Shown here: one piece after another, positions 30,257-41,463 of the stretch
Numbering within the stretch: position 1 is the first letter of the stretch
How the letters are laid out: each line of letters opens with the position of its first letter
Assembly: GCA_039714075.1 (NCBI GenBank)
Contig: JBDLKA010000012.1
Location: 1-54,319, forward strand
Source: Candidatus Krumholzibacteriota bacterium
GTDB taxonomy: Bacteria > Krumholzibacteriota > Krumholzibacteriia > LZORAL124-64-63
Direction: 5' to 3'
DNA length: 54,319 nt
Notes under the pieces: generated by a model
Database searches by the model: none
The model's input: only the letters and a program-made list of their open reading frames with translations
Told to the model about the DNA's origin: nothing
Program-made: the position numbers and the translations under genes

Positions 30257-32415
30257 GCCGCATTCCCGATTTCACCAAGGTCGACCTGGCGGATCTTACG
30301 GCAGGGCCGGCGCCCAAGGCCGAACCCGGAAAGCCGGTCTGGACAACCAACGAACAGATTCCAGTGAAGAGCCTGTACGCGTCGGCGGACACTTCCGCTC
30401 TAGAGCACACGGGTTTCGTGGCGGGACTGCCGCCCTTCCTGCGCGGTCCCTACGCCTCGATGTACGTCACCCGGCCCTGGACCGTGCGCCAGTACGCCGG
30501 CTTCTCCACCGCCGAGGAAAGCAATGCCTTCTACCGGCGGAATCTGGCCGCGGGGCAGAAGGGCCTGTCGGTGGCCTTCGACCTGGCCACCCACCGCGGG
30601 TACGACAGCGACCATCCCCGCGTGGTGGGGGACGTGGGCAAGGCCGGGGTAGCCATCGATTCGGTCGAGGACATGAAGGTTCTGTTTGCGGACATCCCCC
30701 TGGACCGCATGTCGGTGTCCATGACCATGAACGGCGCGGTGCTGCCGGTGATGGCGTTCTACATCGTGGCCGCCCTGGAACAGGGCGCCGCCCGCGACCA
30801 ACTGGCCGGGACCATCCAGAACGACATTCTCAAGGAATACATGGTCCGCAACACGTACATCTACGGCCCTGAATTCAGCATGAAGATCATCGCGGACATC
30901 TTCGCCTATACGGCTGAGAACATGCCGAAGTTCAACAGCATTTCCATCAGCGGGTACCACATGCAGGAGGCCGGCGCGACGGCGGACCTCGAGTTGGCCT
31001 ACACTCTGGCCGACGGTCTGGAGTACGTGCGGACCGGGCTCGCCGCTGGGCTGGACATCGATGCTTTCGCGCCGCGGCTGTCCTTCTTCTGGGCCGAGGG
31101 CACCAACTATTTCATGGAGATGGCCAAGCTGCGGGCCGGGCGCCTGCTGTGGGCCAAACTCATCAAGGGCTTCGGACCGAAAAACCCCAAGTCCATGGCC
31201 CTGCGCACCCATTCCCAGACCTCGGGCTGGTCGCTGGCCGAGCAGGATCCGTTCAACAACGTGGCGCGCACCTGCGTCGAGGCCATGGCCGCGGCCCTGG
31301 GCGGGACCCAGTCCCTGCACACCAACGCTCTGGACGAGGCCATCGCCCTGCCGACGGATTTCTCCGCCCGCATCGCCCGCAACACCCAGCTTTACCTGCA
31401 GGAGGAAACGGGCATCTGCCGGACGGTCGACCCGTGGGGCGGTTCCTGGTATCTTGAAAGCCTGACCGACGCGCTCATGCACAAGGCCTGGGATCACATC
31501 CAGGAGGTCGAGTCCCACGGGGGCATGGCTGCGGCCATCAGCGCGGGGCTGCCGAAGATGCGCATCGAAGAGGCGGCCGCCCGGCGCCAGGCCCATATCG
31601 ATTCGGGCCGGGAGATCATCGTCGGCGTCAACAGGTACCGGTTGGACAAAGAAGATCCCATCGAGATTCTCGAAGTGGACAACACCGAGGTGCGCCGGCA
31701 GCAGGTGGCCCGGCTGGAGGAACTGAAGGCCGGGCGGGACGGCCAGGCGGTGACCGCGGCCCTGGACGCCTTGACCCGCTGTTCCGAAACGGGCCGGGGA
31801 AACCTGCTGGCTTTGTCGGTTGAAGCTGCGCGGCAGCGGGCGACCCTGGGTGAAATCTCCGACGCCATGGAAAAGGTGGCCGGCCGCCATCAGGCAACCA
31901 TCCGCACCATCAGCGGAGTCTATTCCGCCGAATTCGGAAAGGGCGAAACGATCGATACCGTGGAAAAAATTGCCGTCATGATCCGGGACTTCGAGAAACA
32001 CGAAGGCCGGCGGCCGCGCATCCTGGTGGCCAAGATGGGTCAGGACGGCCACGACCGCGGGGCCAAGGTGGTGGCCACGGCGTTCGCCGATCTCGGCTTC
32101 GATGTCGACGTGGGGCCGCTGTTCCAGACGCCGGAGGAAACCGCCCGGCAGGCCGTCGAAAACGATGTCCATATCGTGGGCATGAGCAGCCTCGCCGCGG
32201 GGCACAAGACCCTGTTGCCCCAGTTGATGGCGGAACTTAAAAAGCTGGGCCGGGAGGACATCCTGGTTGCTTGCGGCGGTGTGATTCCCGCCCAGGATTA
32301 CGAGTACCTCCGGGAGAATGGGGCGACGGCTATCTTCGGGCCAGGCACCGTCATTCCCGTGGCCGCCGAAAAACTGCTGGTCGCGCTGAATACCAGGTTG
32401 GGCTACGGCAACTGA
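30253..32415 (+). CDS. mutB: Methylmalonyl-CoA mutase large (catalytic) subunit
   Basis: [37 protein letters not shown] and B12-binding [10 protein letters not shown]. Confidence 0.96.
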   Translation: MSRIPDFTKVDLADLTAGPAPKAEPGKPVWTTNEQIPVKSLYASADTSALEHTGFVAGLPPFLRGPYASMYVTRPWTVRQYAGFSTAEESNAFYRRNLAAGQKGLSVAFDLATHRGYDSDHPRVVGDVGKAGVAIDSVEDMKVLFADIPLDRMSVSMTMNGAVLPVMAFYIVAALEQGAARDQLAGTIQNDILKEYMVRNTYIYGPEFSMKIIADIFAYTAENMPKFNSISISGYHMQEAGATADLELAYTLADGLEYVRTGLAAGLDIDAFAPRLSFFWAEGTNYFMEMAKLRAGRLLWAKLIKGFGPKNPKSMALRTHSQTSGWSLAEQDPFNNVARTCVEAMAAALGGTQSLHTNALDEAIALPTDFSARIARNTQLYLQEETGICRTVDPWGGSWYLESLTDALMHKAWDHIQEVESHGGMAAAISAGLPKMRIEEAAARRQAHIDSGREIIVGVNRYRLDKEDPIEILEVDNTEVRRQQVARLEELKAGRDGQAVTAALDALTRCSETGRGNLLALSVEAARQRATLGEISDAMEKVAGRHQATIRTISGVYSAEFGKGETIDTVEKIAVMIRDFEKHEGRRPRILVAKMGQDGHDRGAKVVATAFADLGFDVDVGPLFQTPEETARQAVENDVHIVGMSSLAAGHKTLLPQLMAELKKLGREDILVACGGVIPAQDYEYLRENGATAIFGPGTVIPVAAEKLLVALNTRLGYGN

Positions 32416-33233
32416 TGTCCGTGGGGTTTTTAAGGAAAGTCGCCATCAGTATGCTCGGGGCGATGACCGTCCTGTTCTTGGCAGTCGTCGGGCTGTTCTA
32501 TGCGAATCAGGAGAAGATCCTCTTTCATCCCCGGAAGTTGTCCGCGGATCACGTTTTCGAGTTCCAGGAGCCGTTCGAGGAAGTGTTCATCGCCGCCGAT
32601 GACGACACCAGGCTGCATGGTTTGTTGTTCAAGGCGGCTTCGCCCAAGGGGTTGGCGTTCTATCTGCACGGGAATGCCGGCTCGCTGGATTCCTGGGGCG
32701 GTGCCGCGAAGCCGTTCCTGGCCAACGACTACGACTGTTTCATCCTGGACTACCGGGGTTACGGCAAGAGCGAGGGCGAGATCTCGTCCGAGGACCAGTT
32801 GCTGGCCGACGTGAATGCCGCCTACCGATATTTGACCCGACGGTATTCCGAGGGCAGCGTGGTCGTGGTGGGGTATTCCATCGGTGCGGCTCCGGCCGCC
32901 TACCTGGCGGCCGAGAACAATCCCGGAAAACTGATTCTCAAGGCCCCGTACAACAACATGGCCTACCTTCAGCGAATGTATTACGCCTGGCTACCCGCTT
33001 TCGGGCTCCGCTACGAGCTGACCACCGATGAATACCTGAAAAGGGCCCACCTTCCGGTGACGATCTTCCATGGTTCGGATGATCGGGTGATCCCCTACGA
33101 ATGCTCGTTGAAGTTGCAGGAAACATTCGACGGGGACGACAGGCTCGTCACCCTCGAGGGACAAGGCCACGACGGCATGAGCGGGAACGATGCCTATGCC
33201 CGGACACTGGCCGGGATTCTGGCCGCCGATTGA
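32415..33233 (+). CDS. Alpha/beta hydrolase (ABHD13/YfhR-like), N-terminally anchored
   Basis: [15 protein letters not shown], nucleophile motif [13 protein letters not shown] and GH. Confidence 0.85.
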   Translation: MSVGFLRKVAISMLGAMTVLFLAVVGLFYANQEKILFHPRKLSADHVFEFQEPFEEVFIAADDDTRLHGLLFKAASPKGLAFYLHGNAGSLDSWGGAAKPFLANDYDCFILDYRGYGKSEGEISSEDQLLADVNAAYRYLTRRYSEGSVVVVGYSIGAAPAAYLAAENNPGKLILKAPYNNMAYLQRMYYAWLPAFGLRYELTTDEYLKRAHLPVTIFHGSDDRVIPYECSLKLQETFDGDDRLVTLEGQGHDGMSGNDAYARTLAGILAAD

Positions 33234-33253
33234 AGAAACCCTGCGGCAACGGG

Positions 33254-33279
33254 AACGGCGCCCCGAGCGGGGCGCCGTT
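33254..33279. terminator. Bidirectional terminator hairpin
   Basis: Perfect 11-bp stem AACGGCGCCCC-gagc-GGGGCGCCGTT between convergent genes. Confidence 0.75.
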
Positions 33280-33299
33280 ATCTTTGAAGCCGATTGGAA

Positions 33300-35348
33300 T
33301 CAACCCTCGTCGGGTGCGACGACCTCTACCAAGCCGACGTCCACGGTGATCTCGTCCAGCCGGGCCTGTGTTTCGGGCAGGACGTCGTCCTGCACGCGGC
33401 CGTCGAGGTGCTTGGCCAGGAACCGCTCCATGGCCACGGCCAGGGCCTTGCGGTTGTTGGGTGCGCGGAAGCCGTGCCCCTCGTCGGGGGCCACCATGTA
33501 CTCCACGGGTTTGTCCTTTTGGCGCAGCGCGACGACGATCTGGTCGGACTCGTGCTGCTTGACCCGGGGATCGTTGGCGCCGTGGACCACCAGCAGCGGG
33601 GCCTTGATCTGGTCGCAGTGGAACAGCGGCGAACGCGAGATCAGATCCTGGCGGTCGGCTTCGACCCCGGGGTTGCCCACACGCCTGTACCAGGATCCTT
33701 CGAGGAAGGGTTTCCAGTACTCGGGGAAGCTTTCCACCAGGGTGACCAGGTTGGAGGGGCCGACATAGGGGACCCCGCAGGCGTACAGGTCGGGGGTGAA
33801 GGTTACCCCGGCCAGGGTGGCGTAGCCGCCGTAACTGCCCCCGAAGATGCCCACGCGGGCCGGATCGGCGACGCCTTCGGCGATGAGCCATTCCACGGCA
33901 TCGGTCACATCATGTTGCATGGCGCCGATGCCCCATTCCTTGTTGCCCGCGTTCATGTAGTGCTTGCCATAGCCGGTCGAGCTGCGGTAGTTGACCTGCA
34001 TCACGGCGTAGCCGCGATTGGCCAGGAACTGGGCGTAGGGATCGTAGCCCCAGTAATCACGGGCCCAGGGGCCGCCGTGGATATACATGACCACCGGCAG
34101 GTTCTCGTGGGCGACTCCCTTGGGCAGGGTCAAATAACCGTGGATGGTCATGCCGTCCCGGGCGGTGTAGCTGACGGGCTTCATGTGGGCCAGATGTTCG
34201 CTGGGAAGTTCGGGCCGCGAACGGTACTGCAGATCGGCTTTGCCCGTGGCCGTGTCGTAGAGGTAGACCGAACCGGGGTCGACGTCGCTGGAGACTGACA
34301 CCAGCATGCGACTCATGTCGCGGGCAATGCTGTTGACGCCGATTTCCCCTTCGGGCAGGGCCTTGGTCAGGTTTTTCCAAAGCTTGGCCGCATCTTCGGT
34401 CTGGGGATAGACCCGGACCCGGTTTCCCACGTAAGCGGTGGCGATCAATTCGTCCGTGTCGGGATGGAAGACGGCATTGCCGAAGTCCACCTGGTTTTCA
34501 GGATCCTTTTCGATCAGGGTCATCTCGCCGCTTTCCACATCCATCAGCATGAGCTCGTTCAGGTCGCGGTCGCCCTTGTTGGTGCTCAGGTACAGGTGGC
34601 GACGGTCCTTGTGGAATTCGATGGGCGTGATGTCCTCTTCGAAAGTGCAGGTCATGATCTGCTCGAAACCCTGCATGTCGATGCGCAGCAGCTCGGCGCC
34701 GCCGCCGGGCAGCGGGCGGTAGGCCAGACGCAATTCGCCCTCGAGGTCGAAGATCCAGAAGCCCACGCCTTCGTCGTTCTTTCTGACGAGCACGCGGTCG
34801 CCGGTCGCAATGTCGATCTTGTAGATGTCGTGGTACTGCGGATCGCGGTCGTTCAACCCGACCATCATCACCTCGGGTTGGTTCTTGGGCACCGAGTAGA
34901 TCCTGGCCCGGACACCGTCGACCGGGGTCAGGTTTCTGGCGGCGGGCACGCCCTTTTCGGCGGCATCACCCGCCGGATCGACGGCCCAGACGTGGAAGTT
35001 CTCGTCGCCGTCCTTGTCCTGGACATAAAGGAGGTAGCGGCTGTCGCGGCTCCAGAAGTAGCCGGGCACCGGACGTTCGTCGGCCGTCACCGGACGGGCG
35101 CTGGCAAAGGGCTCGTCGGCGGCCTTGACCCAGATGTTGCGGGCGCCTTCGTAGGGCTTGATGAAGCTCATCCATTTGCCGTCCGGTGAAAGCTGGGATC
35201 CGGAGATTTCCGGATCGCCGAAGAAAAGCTCCCTGTCCACCAGGGGGGCGGGTTCCGTGGCGACCTCCGCGACCTGATCCTGCTTCTCACCGCATCCGAC
35301 CGCGGCCAACAGGGTCAAGGTCAGCACCAATAGTGTCCAATGCTTCAT
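33300..35348 (-). CDS. S9 family peptidase (acylaminoacyl/dipeptidyl peptidase), lipoprotein
   Basis: Lipobox AVGC, HGGPW, and triad motifs GGSYGG, GANDPRV and DEGHG. Confidence 0.93.
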   Translation of the reverse strand: MKHWTLLVLTLTLLAAVGCGEKQDQVAEVATEPAPLVDRELFFGDPEISGSQLSPDGKWMSFIKPYEGARNIWVKAADEPFASARPVTADERPVPGYFWSRDSRYLLYVQDKDGDENFHVWAVDPAGDAAEKGVPAARNLTPVDGVRARIYSVPKNQPEVMMVGLNDRDPQYHDIYKIDIATGDRVLVRKNDEGVGFWIFDLEGELRLAYRPLPGGGAELLRIDMQGFEQIMTCTFEEDITPIEFHKDRRHLYLSTNKGDRDLNELMLMDVESGEMTLIEKDPENQVDFGNAVFHPDTDELIATAYVGNRVRVYPQTEDAAKLWKNLTKALPEGEIGVNSIARDMSRMLVSVSSDVDPGSVYLYDTATGKADLQYRSRPELPSEHLAHMKPVSYTARDGMTIHGYLTLPKGVAHENLPVVMYIHGGPWARDYWGYDPYAQFLANRGYAVMQVNYRSSTGYGKHYMNAGNKEWGIGAMQHDVTDAVEWLIAEGVADPARVGIFGGSYGGYATLAGVTFTPDLYACGVPYVGPSNLVTLVESFPEYWKPFLEGSWYRRVGNPGVEADRQDLISRSPLFHCDQIKAPLLVVHGANDPRVKQHESDQIVVALRQKDKPVEYMVAPDEGHGFRAPNNRKALAVAMERFLAKHLDGRVQDDVLPETQARLDEITVDVGLVEVVAPDEG

Positions 35349-35423
35349 GGGTCTGTCTCCTCGAAGAAAGAGAGGGTGGGAATCACCCGGACTCTACGGG
35401 ACCGGGAGAAAAAAGTTCGGTGG

Positions 35424-38400
35424 TCAGGAAGCGGCCCGTCCAGTTTTGGGGTCGGTGGTGGCCGCCAAGGCAGCTTCCAGGTCTTCGGCGCCTTCGACAT
35501 CTTCGGCCCCGGCCCGTTTGGCCTTGGTGAACCGGGCCAGGATCGAGTAGACCACCGGCACCAGCACCAGGGTCAGGAAGGTCGAAAACAGCACGCCGCC
35601 CACCACTACGATGCCCAGCGGGCGCCGCGATTCGGCACCCGCGCCGAAACCGATGGCGATGGGCAGGATCCCGAACACCGTCGAGAACGAGGTCATCAGG
35701 ATCGGCCGGAGCCGGATGGTAGCCGCCTCGATCACGGCGTCCGCGATTTCCATCCCGCGAGTCCGCAGCTGGTTGGCGAATTCCACGATCAGGATGGAGT
35801 TCTTGGTTACCAGTCCGATCAGCATGATCAGTCCGATCCGCGAGAATATGTTCAGGGTCTGGTCGAAGATCCACAGCGACAGCAGCGCGCCGAAAACCGC
35901 CAGCGGCACCGAAAGAAGAATCGTCAGGGGATCGACGAAACTCTCGAACTGGGCCGACAACACCAGGAAGATGAACACCAGCGCCAGGATGAACATGAAG
36001 TAGAGGGTGCCCTTGCTGTCGCGGTACTCGCGCGACTGCCCGCCCAGATCGCGCTTGACCGCCGGGGGCAGGTCGTTTTTCCAGATGCGGTCCAGGTCGT
36101 CGAGAGCCTGGGCGATACCCACCCCGGGGGCGAGGTTGGCCGTTATGGTGGCCGACCGCACCCGGTTGAAATGATTCAGTTCCTTGGGGGCCACCGTTTC
36201 GTTGACCGTGACCACGTTGGCCAGCTGGACCAGGCCGCCGACGCCCCGCAGATAGATCTGGTCGATGATGTCGGGGGTCGCCCGCCCGGTGGGCCGCATC
36301 TGGGCGATCACGTCGTACTGCTTGGTGCCGCGCTTGAAATTCCCGACCACCCGTCCGCCGAGATAGGTTTCCAGGGTCGTGCCGATGTCGGTTACGGAAA
36401 CACCCAGGCCCGAGGCCCGTTCGCGGTCGATCTCGATCTGGAGTTCCGGCTTGTTGAGCCGCAGATCCGAATCCAGGTTGATCAGGTAGCCCAGTTCGCC
36501 CGCCTTGGCCATCATCGTTCCGACCGCCTGGCCGAGTTCCTCGTAGGAGTCGGCCTGCAGGACGTATTCGACCTGGGAAGAGGAAAAATTGCCGCCCAGG
36601 CTGGGGGGGTTGACCAGGAAGGCCAGGACGCCGGGAATGCCCAGCAGGCGGGGGAACATTTGTCCCACGATTTCCTGCTGCGAGCGCTCACGGTCGGCCC
36701 GGTTCTTCAGATCCAGGAAAACGAAACCGTTGGTCACGCGTCCGGGACCGCCGAATCCCAGACCGGTGGCGGTGAACAGACCCCGGCGCTCGGGCAGGGG
36801 CAGAAGCTGGTCCTCGATCATGCGCATGTAGCGGTCCGTGTATTCCAGCGTGGACCCTTCGGGCGCCAGGACGATCCCGAAGGCGGTGCCCCGGTCTTCG
36901 GTGGGGACCAGTTCCTCCGGCAATTGCCCGAAGATCCATACCGCGAGCGCCACCAGGGCCACGCCGCCCAGGATCACCAGGGGTTTGACGCGCAGGGATA
37001 ACCGCAGGAAGGATTCATAGGTGCGGCCCAGCCATTCAAAAAACGAATCAAAGGATCGTTCGGCCCGGCTGCGGGATCTGGTGGGGTCATCCCTCCCGAG
37101 GATGCGCGAACAGAGCACCGGGGTCAGGGTCAGGGCCACGAACGACGACAGCATGACCGCCACGGCCAGGGTGATGCCGAATTCGCGGAAGAGCCGGCCC
37201 ACGGTCCCGGTCAAGAAGGCCACGGGGATGAAGACAGCCACCAACGCGACCGTGGTCGCAAGCACGGCGAAACCGATTTCCCGGACGCCGTCGAAGGCCG
37301 CCCGCCGGCGGGATTTCCCCATTTCCACGTGCCGGACGATGTTTTCCAGGACCACGATGGCGTCGTCGACCACCAGTCCGATGGCCAGCACCAGGGCCAG
37401 CAGGGTCAGGATGTTGATGGTGAATCCCAGCGCGAAGGCGACCGAAAAGGCCCCCACGATGGAAACTGGAATGGCCACGATGGGAATGACCGTCGCCCGG
37501 AGGCTCTTGAGGAACACGTAGACCACCAGGACCACCAGGCACAGGGCGATGAGGATGGTCTTGCCCACCTCGTCGACCGACGACTGGATGAACTCCGATG
37601 AATCGTAGGCCATGTCGATGCGCATGCCGGCGGGCACGAGTTGGCCCAGTTCCGGCAGGCTGGCCCGGACCGCCGCGGCGACGTCCAGGGTGGAGGCCTG
37701 CTTCTGCTTGACGATGCCCATGCCGACCGATGGCAGGTTGTTGAAACGGGTCATGGTCCGTTCGTCCTCGGGACCGACCTCCACCTGGGCGATTTGGTCG
37801 AGGCGGACGATCTCGTTCCCGCGGTGGGCCACGATGATGGCCCCGAATCCTTCGGGAGTGTTCAGCTCGCCCCTGGTCCTGACGGCAAATTCGCGGGCGG
37901 TGCCTTCGACCCGGCCGCCGGGAATCTCGGCGTTTTCACTGCGCACCGCCCGTTCCACATCCTGAACCGTGAGGTTGTAGGCGGCCATCCTGAGCGGGTC
38001 CAGCCACACGCGCATGGCGTAACGCCGCTCCCCGCCGATGAATACGTTGCCCACGCCGGGCAGCCGTTGGAGCCGTTCCTTGAGGATCCGGTCGGAGTAG
38101 TCGGAAAGTTCCAGGGTGCTGTGCTGGTCACTGGAGACAGCCAGCCAGATGATCGGTTGGGCGTTGACGTCGACTTTGGAAACGATGGGATCTTCGGCCT
38201 CGCGGGGCAGCCGGCCGCCGACCCGGGAGACGCGGTCGCGCACGTCGTTGGCGGCTTCGTCCACGTCGCGGTGCAGCTCGAATTCGATCGTGATGACCGA
38301 ACCCTGCTCACGGCTGCTGCTGGTGATGGTCTTTACCGATTCGATGGTCGTGAACTGCTCTTCCAGAACGTCGGTGATTTCGGTTTCGACCACGGTGGGG

Positions 38401-38564
38401 CTGGCCCCGCGGTAGAAGGTGGTCACCGAAACGATCGGCGGATCGGTTTCCGGGTATTCACGCACCGGCAGCCTGGTGAACGAGATGTAGCCCAGCAGGA
38501 ATATCGTCAGGCTCATCACCGTGGCGAATACCGGTCGTTTGATGGCGACTTCGCTCAGTTTCAT
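35424..38564 (-). CDS. RND efflux permease (AcrB/AcrD/AcrF family)
   Basis: 1046 aa with IKRPV, GLVVDDAIV, GLVTKNSILIV and RLRPILMT. Confidence 0.95.
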   Translation of the reverse strand: MKLSEVAIKRPVFATVMSLTIFLLGYISFTRLPVREYPETDPPIVSVTTFYRGASPTVVETEITDVLEEQFTTIESVKTITSSSREQGSVITIEFELHRDVDEAANDVRDRVSRVGGRLPREAEDPIVSKVDVNAQPIIWLAVSSDQHSTLELSDYSDRILKERLQRLPGVGNVFIGGERRYAMRVWLDPLRMAAYNLTVQDVERAVRSENAEIPGGRVEGTAREFAVRTRGELNTPEGFGAIIVAHRGNEIVRLDQIAQVEVGPEDERTMTRFNNLPSVGMGIVKQKQASTLDVAAAVRASLPELGQLVPAGMRIDMAYDSSEFIQSSVDEVGKTILIALCLVVLVVYVFLKSLRATVIPIVAIPVSIVGAFSVAFALGFTINILTLLALVLAIGLVVDDAIVVLENIVRHVEMGKSRRRAAFDGVREIGFAVLATTVALVAVFIPVAFLTGTVGRLFREFGITLAVAVMLSSFVALTLTPVLCSRILGRDDPTRSRSRAERSFDSFFEWLGRTYESFLRLSLRVKPLVILGGVALVALAVWIFGQLPEELVPTEDRGTAFGIVLAPEGSTLEYTDRYMRMIEDQLLPLPERRGLFTATGLGFGGPGRVTNGFVFLDLKNRADRERSQQEIVGQMFPRLLGIPGVLAFLVNPPSLGGNFSSSQVEYVLQADSYEELGQAVGTMMAKAGELGYLINLDSDLRLNKPELQIEIDRERASGLGVSVTDIGTTLETYLGGRVVGNFKRGTKQYDVIAQMRPTGRATPDIIDQIYLRGVGGLVQLANVVTVNETVAPKELNHFNRVRSATITANLAPGVGIAQALDDLDRIWKNDLPPAVKRDLGGQSREYRDSKGTLYFMFILALVFIFLVLSAQFESFVDPLTILLSVPLAVFGALLSLWIFDQTLNIFSRIGLIMLIGLVTKNSILIVEFANQLRTRGMEIADAVIEAATIRLRPILMTSFSTVFGILPIAIGFGAGAESRRPLGIVVVGGVLFSTFLTLVLVPVVYSILARFTKAKRAGAEDVEGAEDLEAALAATTDPKTGRAAS

Positions 38565-39637
38565 TGAACGGCCTCGCCTTCACCGGTGTCGACGGGGCCG
38601 ACCGGCATGACCTTGGCACCTTCATGGAGCTTCTGGTGTCCGGCCCTGACGACCTGCTGGCCCTCGTCCAGACCTGCGATGATTTCCACCACGTCCGTCA
38701 GCCGCGTTCCCAGGGACACGGCCGTGCGGGTCACCAGGCTGTCCGGTTTGACGACGTAGACGAAGGCCTGGCCACCTTCGACAAACACCGCGGCGCTGGG
38801 AATGGTCAGGGCGGCGGCTCGTTCGGTGAGGACCACGGCGATGGTGGCGGACATTCCCGGGCGGAGGATCTCCTCCGGATTATCCACCAGAGCCACGATG
38901 CCGACCGTCCGCGTGGCGGAGTCGAGCTGGGGTTCGATGACGTCGACTACGCCGGTCAGCCGGACTTCGGGAAAGGCGGGAGTCGTAACGGCGACCCGGG
39001 CGCCCAGCCGCATGGATCCCAGAATCCGCTCGGGAACCGAGAAGGTGACCCGCAGCTTGTCGATCTGGGCCAGGCGGGTGATGGGCGTTCCTGCCCGCAT
39101 GAACGTGCCCTGGCTGACCAGGCGCTGGCCGGCCAGTCCGGAAAATGGCGCGGTGATGCGGGCCTTTTTCAGCCGGGTTTCGGCCAGGGCGAGATTGGCT
39201 TCGGCCACCTTGAGGGCGGCGGTGGCGTCGTCGAGATCCTGGGGGGCGCCGGCGCCCTGGTCCACGATGGATTTGATCCGTTCCCAGGTGGCTTTGTTCT
39301 GGTCCCGCAACGCGGCGGCCCTTTGGGCCTCGGCCTTCAACTGGTCGTCGTCCAGGCGGGCGATCAGTTCGCCCGCGTCCAGCCGCCGGCCCTCCCGGAA
39401 GGGAATGGCCATGACGATGCCGTCGATCTCCCCGGTCACCGTCACCGCTTTGTCCGCTTCGAGAGTGCCGATGGTGGTGAACCGGTCGATTACCGGTCCC
39501 ACGACCACGGATGCGGCTTCCACCGGCGTGGGGGGGCGTTGGAATCCGCCCGCGCCATGTCCGCCGTCATCCCCGCAGCCGGCCAGCAGAGTCAGTGCCA
39601 GACCCCAGCTCACCATACCGTATTTCATCGCGTTCAC
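38561..39637 (-). CDS. RND membrane fusion protein (periplasmic adaptor)
   Basis: Lipobox LAGC, ITAPFSG, LRPGM and GLDEGQQVV. Overlaps the RND start. Confidence 0.92.
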   Translation of the reverse strand: MNAMKYGMVSWGLALTLLAGCGDDGGHGAGGFQRPPTPVEAASVVVGPVIDRFTTIGTLEADKAVTVTGEIDGIVMAIPFREGRRLDAGELIARLDDDQLKAEAQRAAALRDQNKATWERIKSIVDQGAGAPQDLDDATAALKVAEANLALAETRLKKARITAPFSGLAGQRLVSQGTFMRAGTPITRLAQIDKLRVTFSVPERILGSMRLGARVAVTTPAFPEVRLTGVVDVIEPQLDSATRTVGIVALVDNPEEILRPGMSATIAVVLTERAAALTIPSAAVFVEGGQAFVYVVKPDSLVTRTAVSLGTRLTDVVEIIAGLDEGQQVVRAGHQKLHEGAKVMPVGPVDTGEGEAVQ

Positions 39638-39649
39638 TTTCGGTTCTCC

Positions 39650-41239
39650 TTAGTTTCCGGTTCCGGGATACCAGCCGCCGGTCAACTGTCGCAGAACGGC
39701 GGCCGCCCGGGCGGTGCGGACCAGGGCGTCGGAATAACGTTGCTGGGCCGTGGCCAGGTCGGCGGCCAGACGGACGACCTCGAAGGCCGTGGTGCGGCCA
39801 TTGGTATATTCGAGCATGCCGATTTCCACCTGTTTGATGGAGGCGGCCACGCCGCGGGTGGCGATTTCCAGGCGTTTGTTGCCGCGCTGGAGTTCGCGGT
39901 GTTGGGCGCGGACTTCTTCTTCCATGAGGCGTTGGCCGGCAAGCAGATTCTGCTCGGCCCGTACGACCTGGGCCCGCAGGCGGTCCCTTTCGCCTTTCCC
40001 TTCACGGTTGCCCAGGGGCAGGGCGAAGACGAACCCCACGTTCCAGTTGGGGTAGTCTCGCCCGATCGCCTGGCTCACGCTCTCGCTACGGTCCCCGTCG
40101 ACATCGGTGCGGACCGGAGTGGTGGAGCCGGGAAAGAATACATCCTGGGCGGCGCCAGACAGGCCGCTGCCGCCCAGACCGCCGATGAGGTCAAGCGTGG
40201 GGCGGGCATCCCAGACCGAACCCTTGGCCAGGGCGCGCAGGGCCTCGGCATTGCTGTCGAGCGCCTGAAGGTCGGGATTGCGATGCATGACCACGGCCAC
40301 CAGCGAGTCCTGGGAGACCTCGGGGAATTCCGTCGGGGGCTCGTCCCAGGACCTGTAGCGGACCGCGGTGGGGCGGCGTCCCATGAGACTGGCCAGGCGG
40401 TCGGAAAACCGGTCCATTTGTTCTTCGGTATCCAGCATGGCCTGTTCGGCTTCGGTCAGAAAGAACTCGGCGTTGGCCACGGCGCTGGGCCCGATCATGC
40501 CGGCTTTGGCGCGGAGTTTCGTGTCATCCAGAAAGGCCGAGGCCCGGTCGCGGATCAACCGGGTTACCGCGTGATTCCTTTCAGCGGCGTAGAGCTCCCA
40601 ATAAATGGACTCCACTTCGGTGCGCACAGCCAGGACAGCTCCGTCATGGCGAGCGCGGGCGCCGTCGAGGTTGCGTTCGGCAAAGGACAAATCGCTGCGG
40701 GCGGAAGGCCCGAAGCCCTTGAGCAGAGGTTGGCGCAAGGTCAGCGCGCCAAAGGCCTGGTATTCGGGGTTCAAGCTGGTGAATTCCGAATTGGTGGTGG
40801 TGCGCAGGGAGGTGACCGTGGCCGATAACTCCGTACCCAGGCGCAGGCGCATGCGCGCGCCGGCCTCGAAATCGGTGGATCCGGTTTCCAGGACATCGGC
40901 GCCGGCGAACAGCGAGGCGCTGGGTGTGTCCGCGCCGGACCAATCACCCGAGCCGAACAGTTCCGGATCGAAAACGCCCTTTTCCCGCCGCACCGCCTGG
41001 GTCGCGGCGGTCAGTTCCGCTTCGGCGACCCTGGCTTCGGTGGCCTGCATGGCGGCGCCCAGCACGGCATCCTTCAGAAGGAGACGTTCTCCCGGAAGAT
41101 CGGCGATCGTGGCCGTCAACGCGCTGTCGGGGCTGGCTGCCAGGATGGAATTCCGGGGGATCTGCGCCGAAGTATCCCCGGCCGTGATGCCCAGGGCGGT
41201 GACCAGGAGGACGGAAGGCCAGGCGAGGCGGAAGCTCAT
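39650..41239 (-). CDS. TolC-family outer membrane factor
   Basis: Signal peptide, LRQPLLKGFG, YWELY, helical repeats and operon position. Confidence 0.88.
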   Translation of the reverse strand: MSFRLAWPSVLLVTALGITAGDTSAQIPRNSILAASPDSALTATIADLPGERLLLKDAVLGAAMQATEARVAEAELTAATQAVRREKGVFDPELFGSGDWSGADTPSASLFAGADVLETGSTDFEAGARMRLRLGTELSATVTSLRTTTNSEFTSLNPEYQAFGALTLRQPLLKGFGPSARSDLSFAERNLDGARARHDGAVLAVRTEVESIYWELYAAERNHAVTRLIRDRASAFLDDTKLRAKAGMIGPSAVANAEFFLTEAEQAMLDTEEQMDRFSDRLASLMGRRPTAVRYRSWDEPPTEFPEVSQDSLVAVVMHRNPDLQALDSNAEALRALAKGSVWDARPTLDLIGGLGGSGLSGAAQDVFFPGSTTPVRTDVDGDRSESVSQAIGRDYPNWNVGFVFALPLGNREGKGERDRLRAQVVRAEQNLLAGQRLMEEEVRAQHRELQRGNKRLEIATRGVAASIKQVEIGMLEYTNGRTTAFEVVRLAADLATAQQRYSDALVRTARAAAVLRQLTGGWYPGTGN

Positions 41240-41463
41240 GACGGATAATGCCTTTCGCTGTCCGGGTAGACGGTCACGGGTTCAGGATCGGAATCGGAGC
41301 AAGTTAACACAAAAGGTACCGTATCGCTTCGGAATGCTTCGGAATATGATCGGAACTTCCCTGGCGGGCGTTCTGATGATAGTCTGAAGCCCCGTTCGGA
41401 GAAACATCGCTAGTTGGATCAGCACCCCTTGCTTCCATTCACCGTCAACCCGACGAGGTCATC

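Noticed and set aside
41352..41387. ECF sigma promoter (GGAACTT...TCTGA)
   Set aside because: Spacing to either TCTGA (13 or 24 nt) does not fit the usual 16-17 nt.
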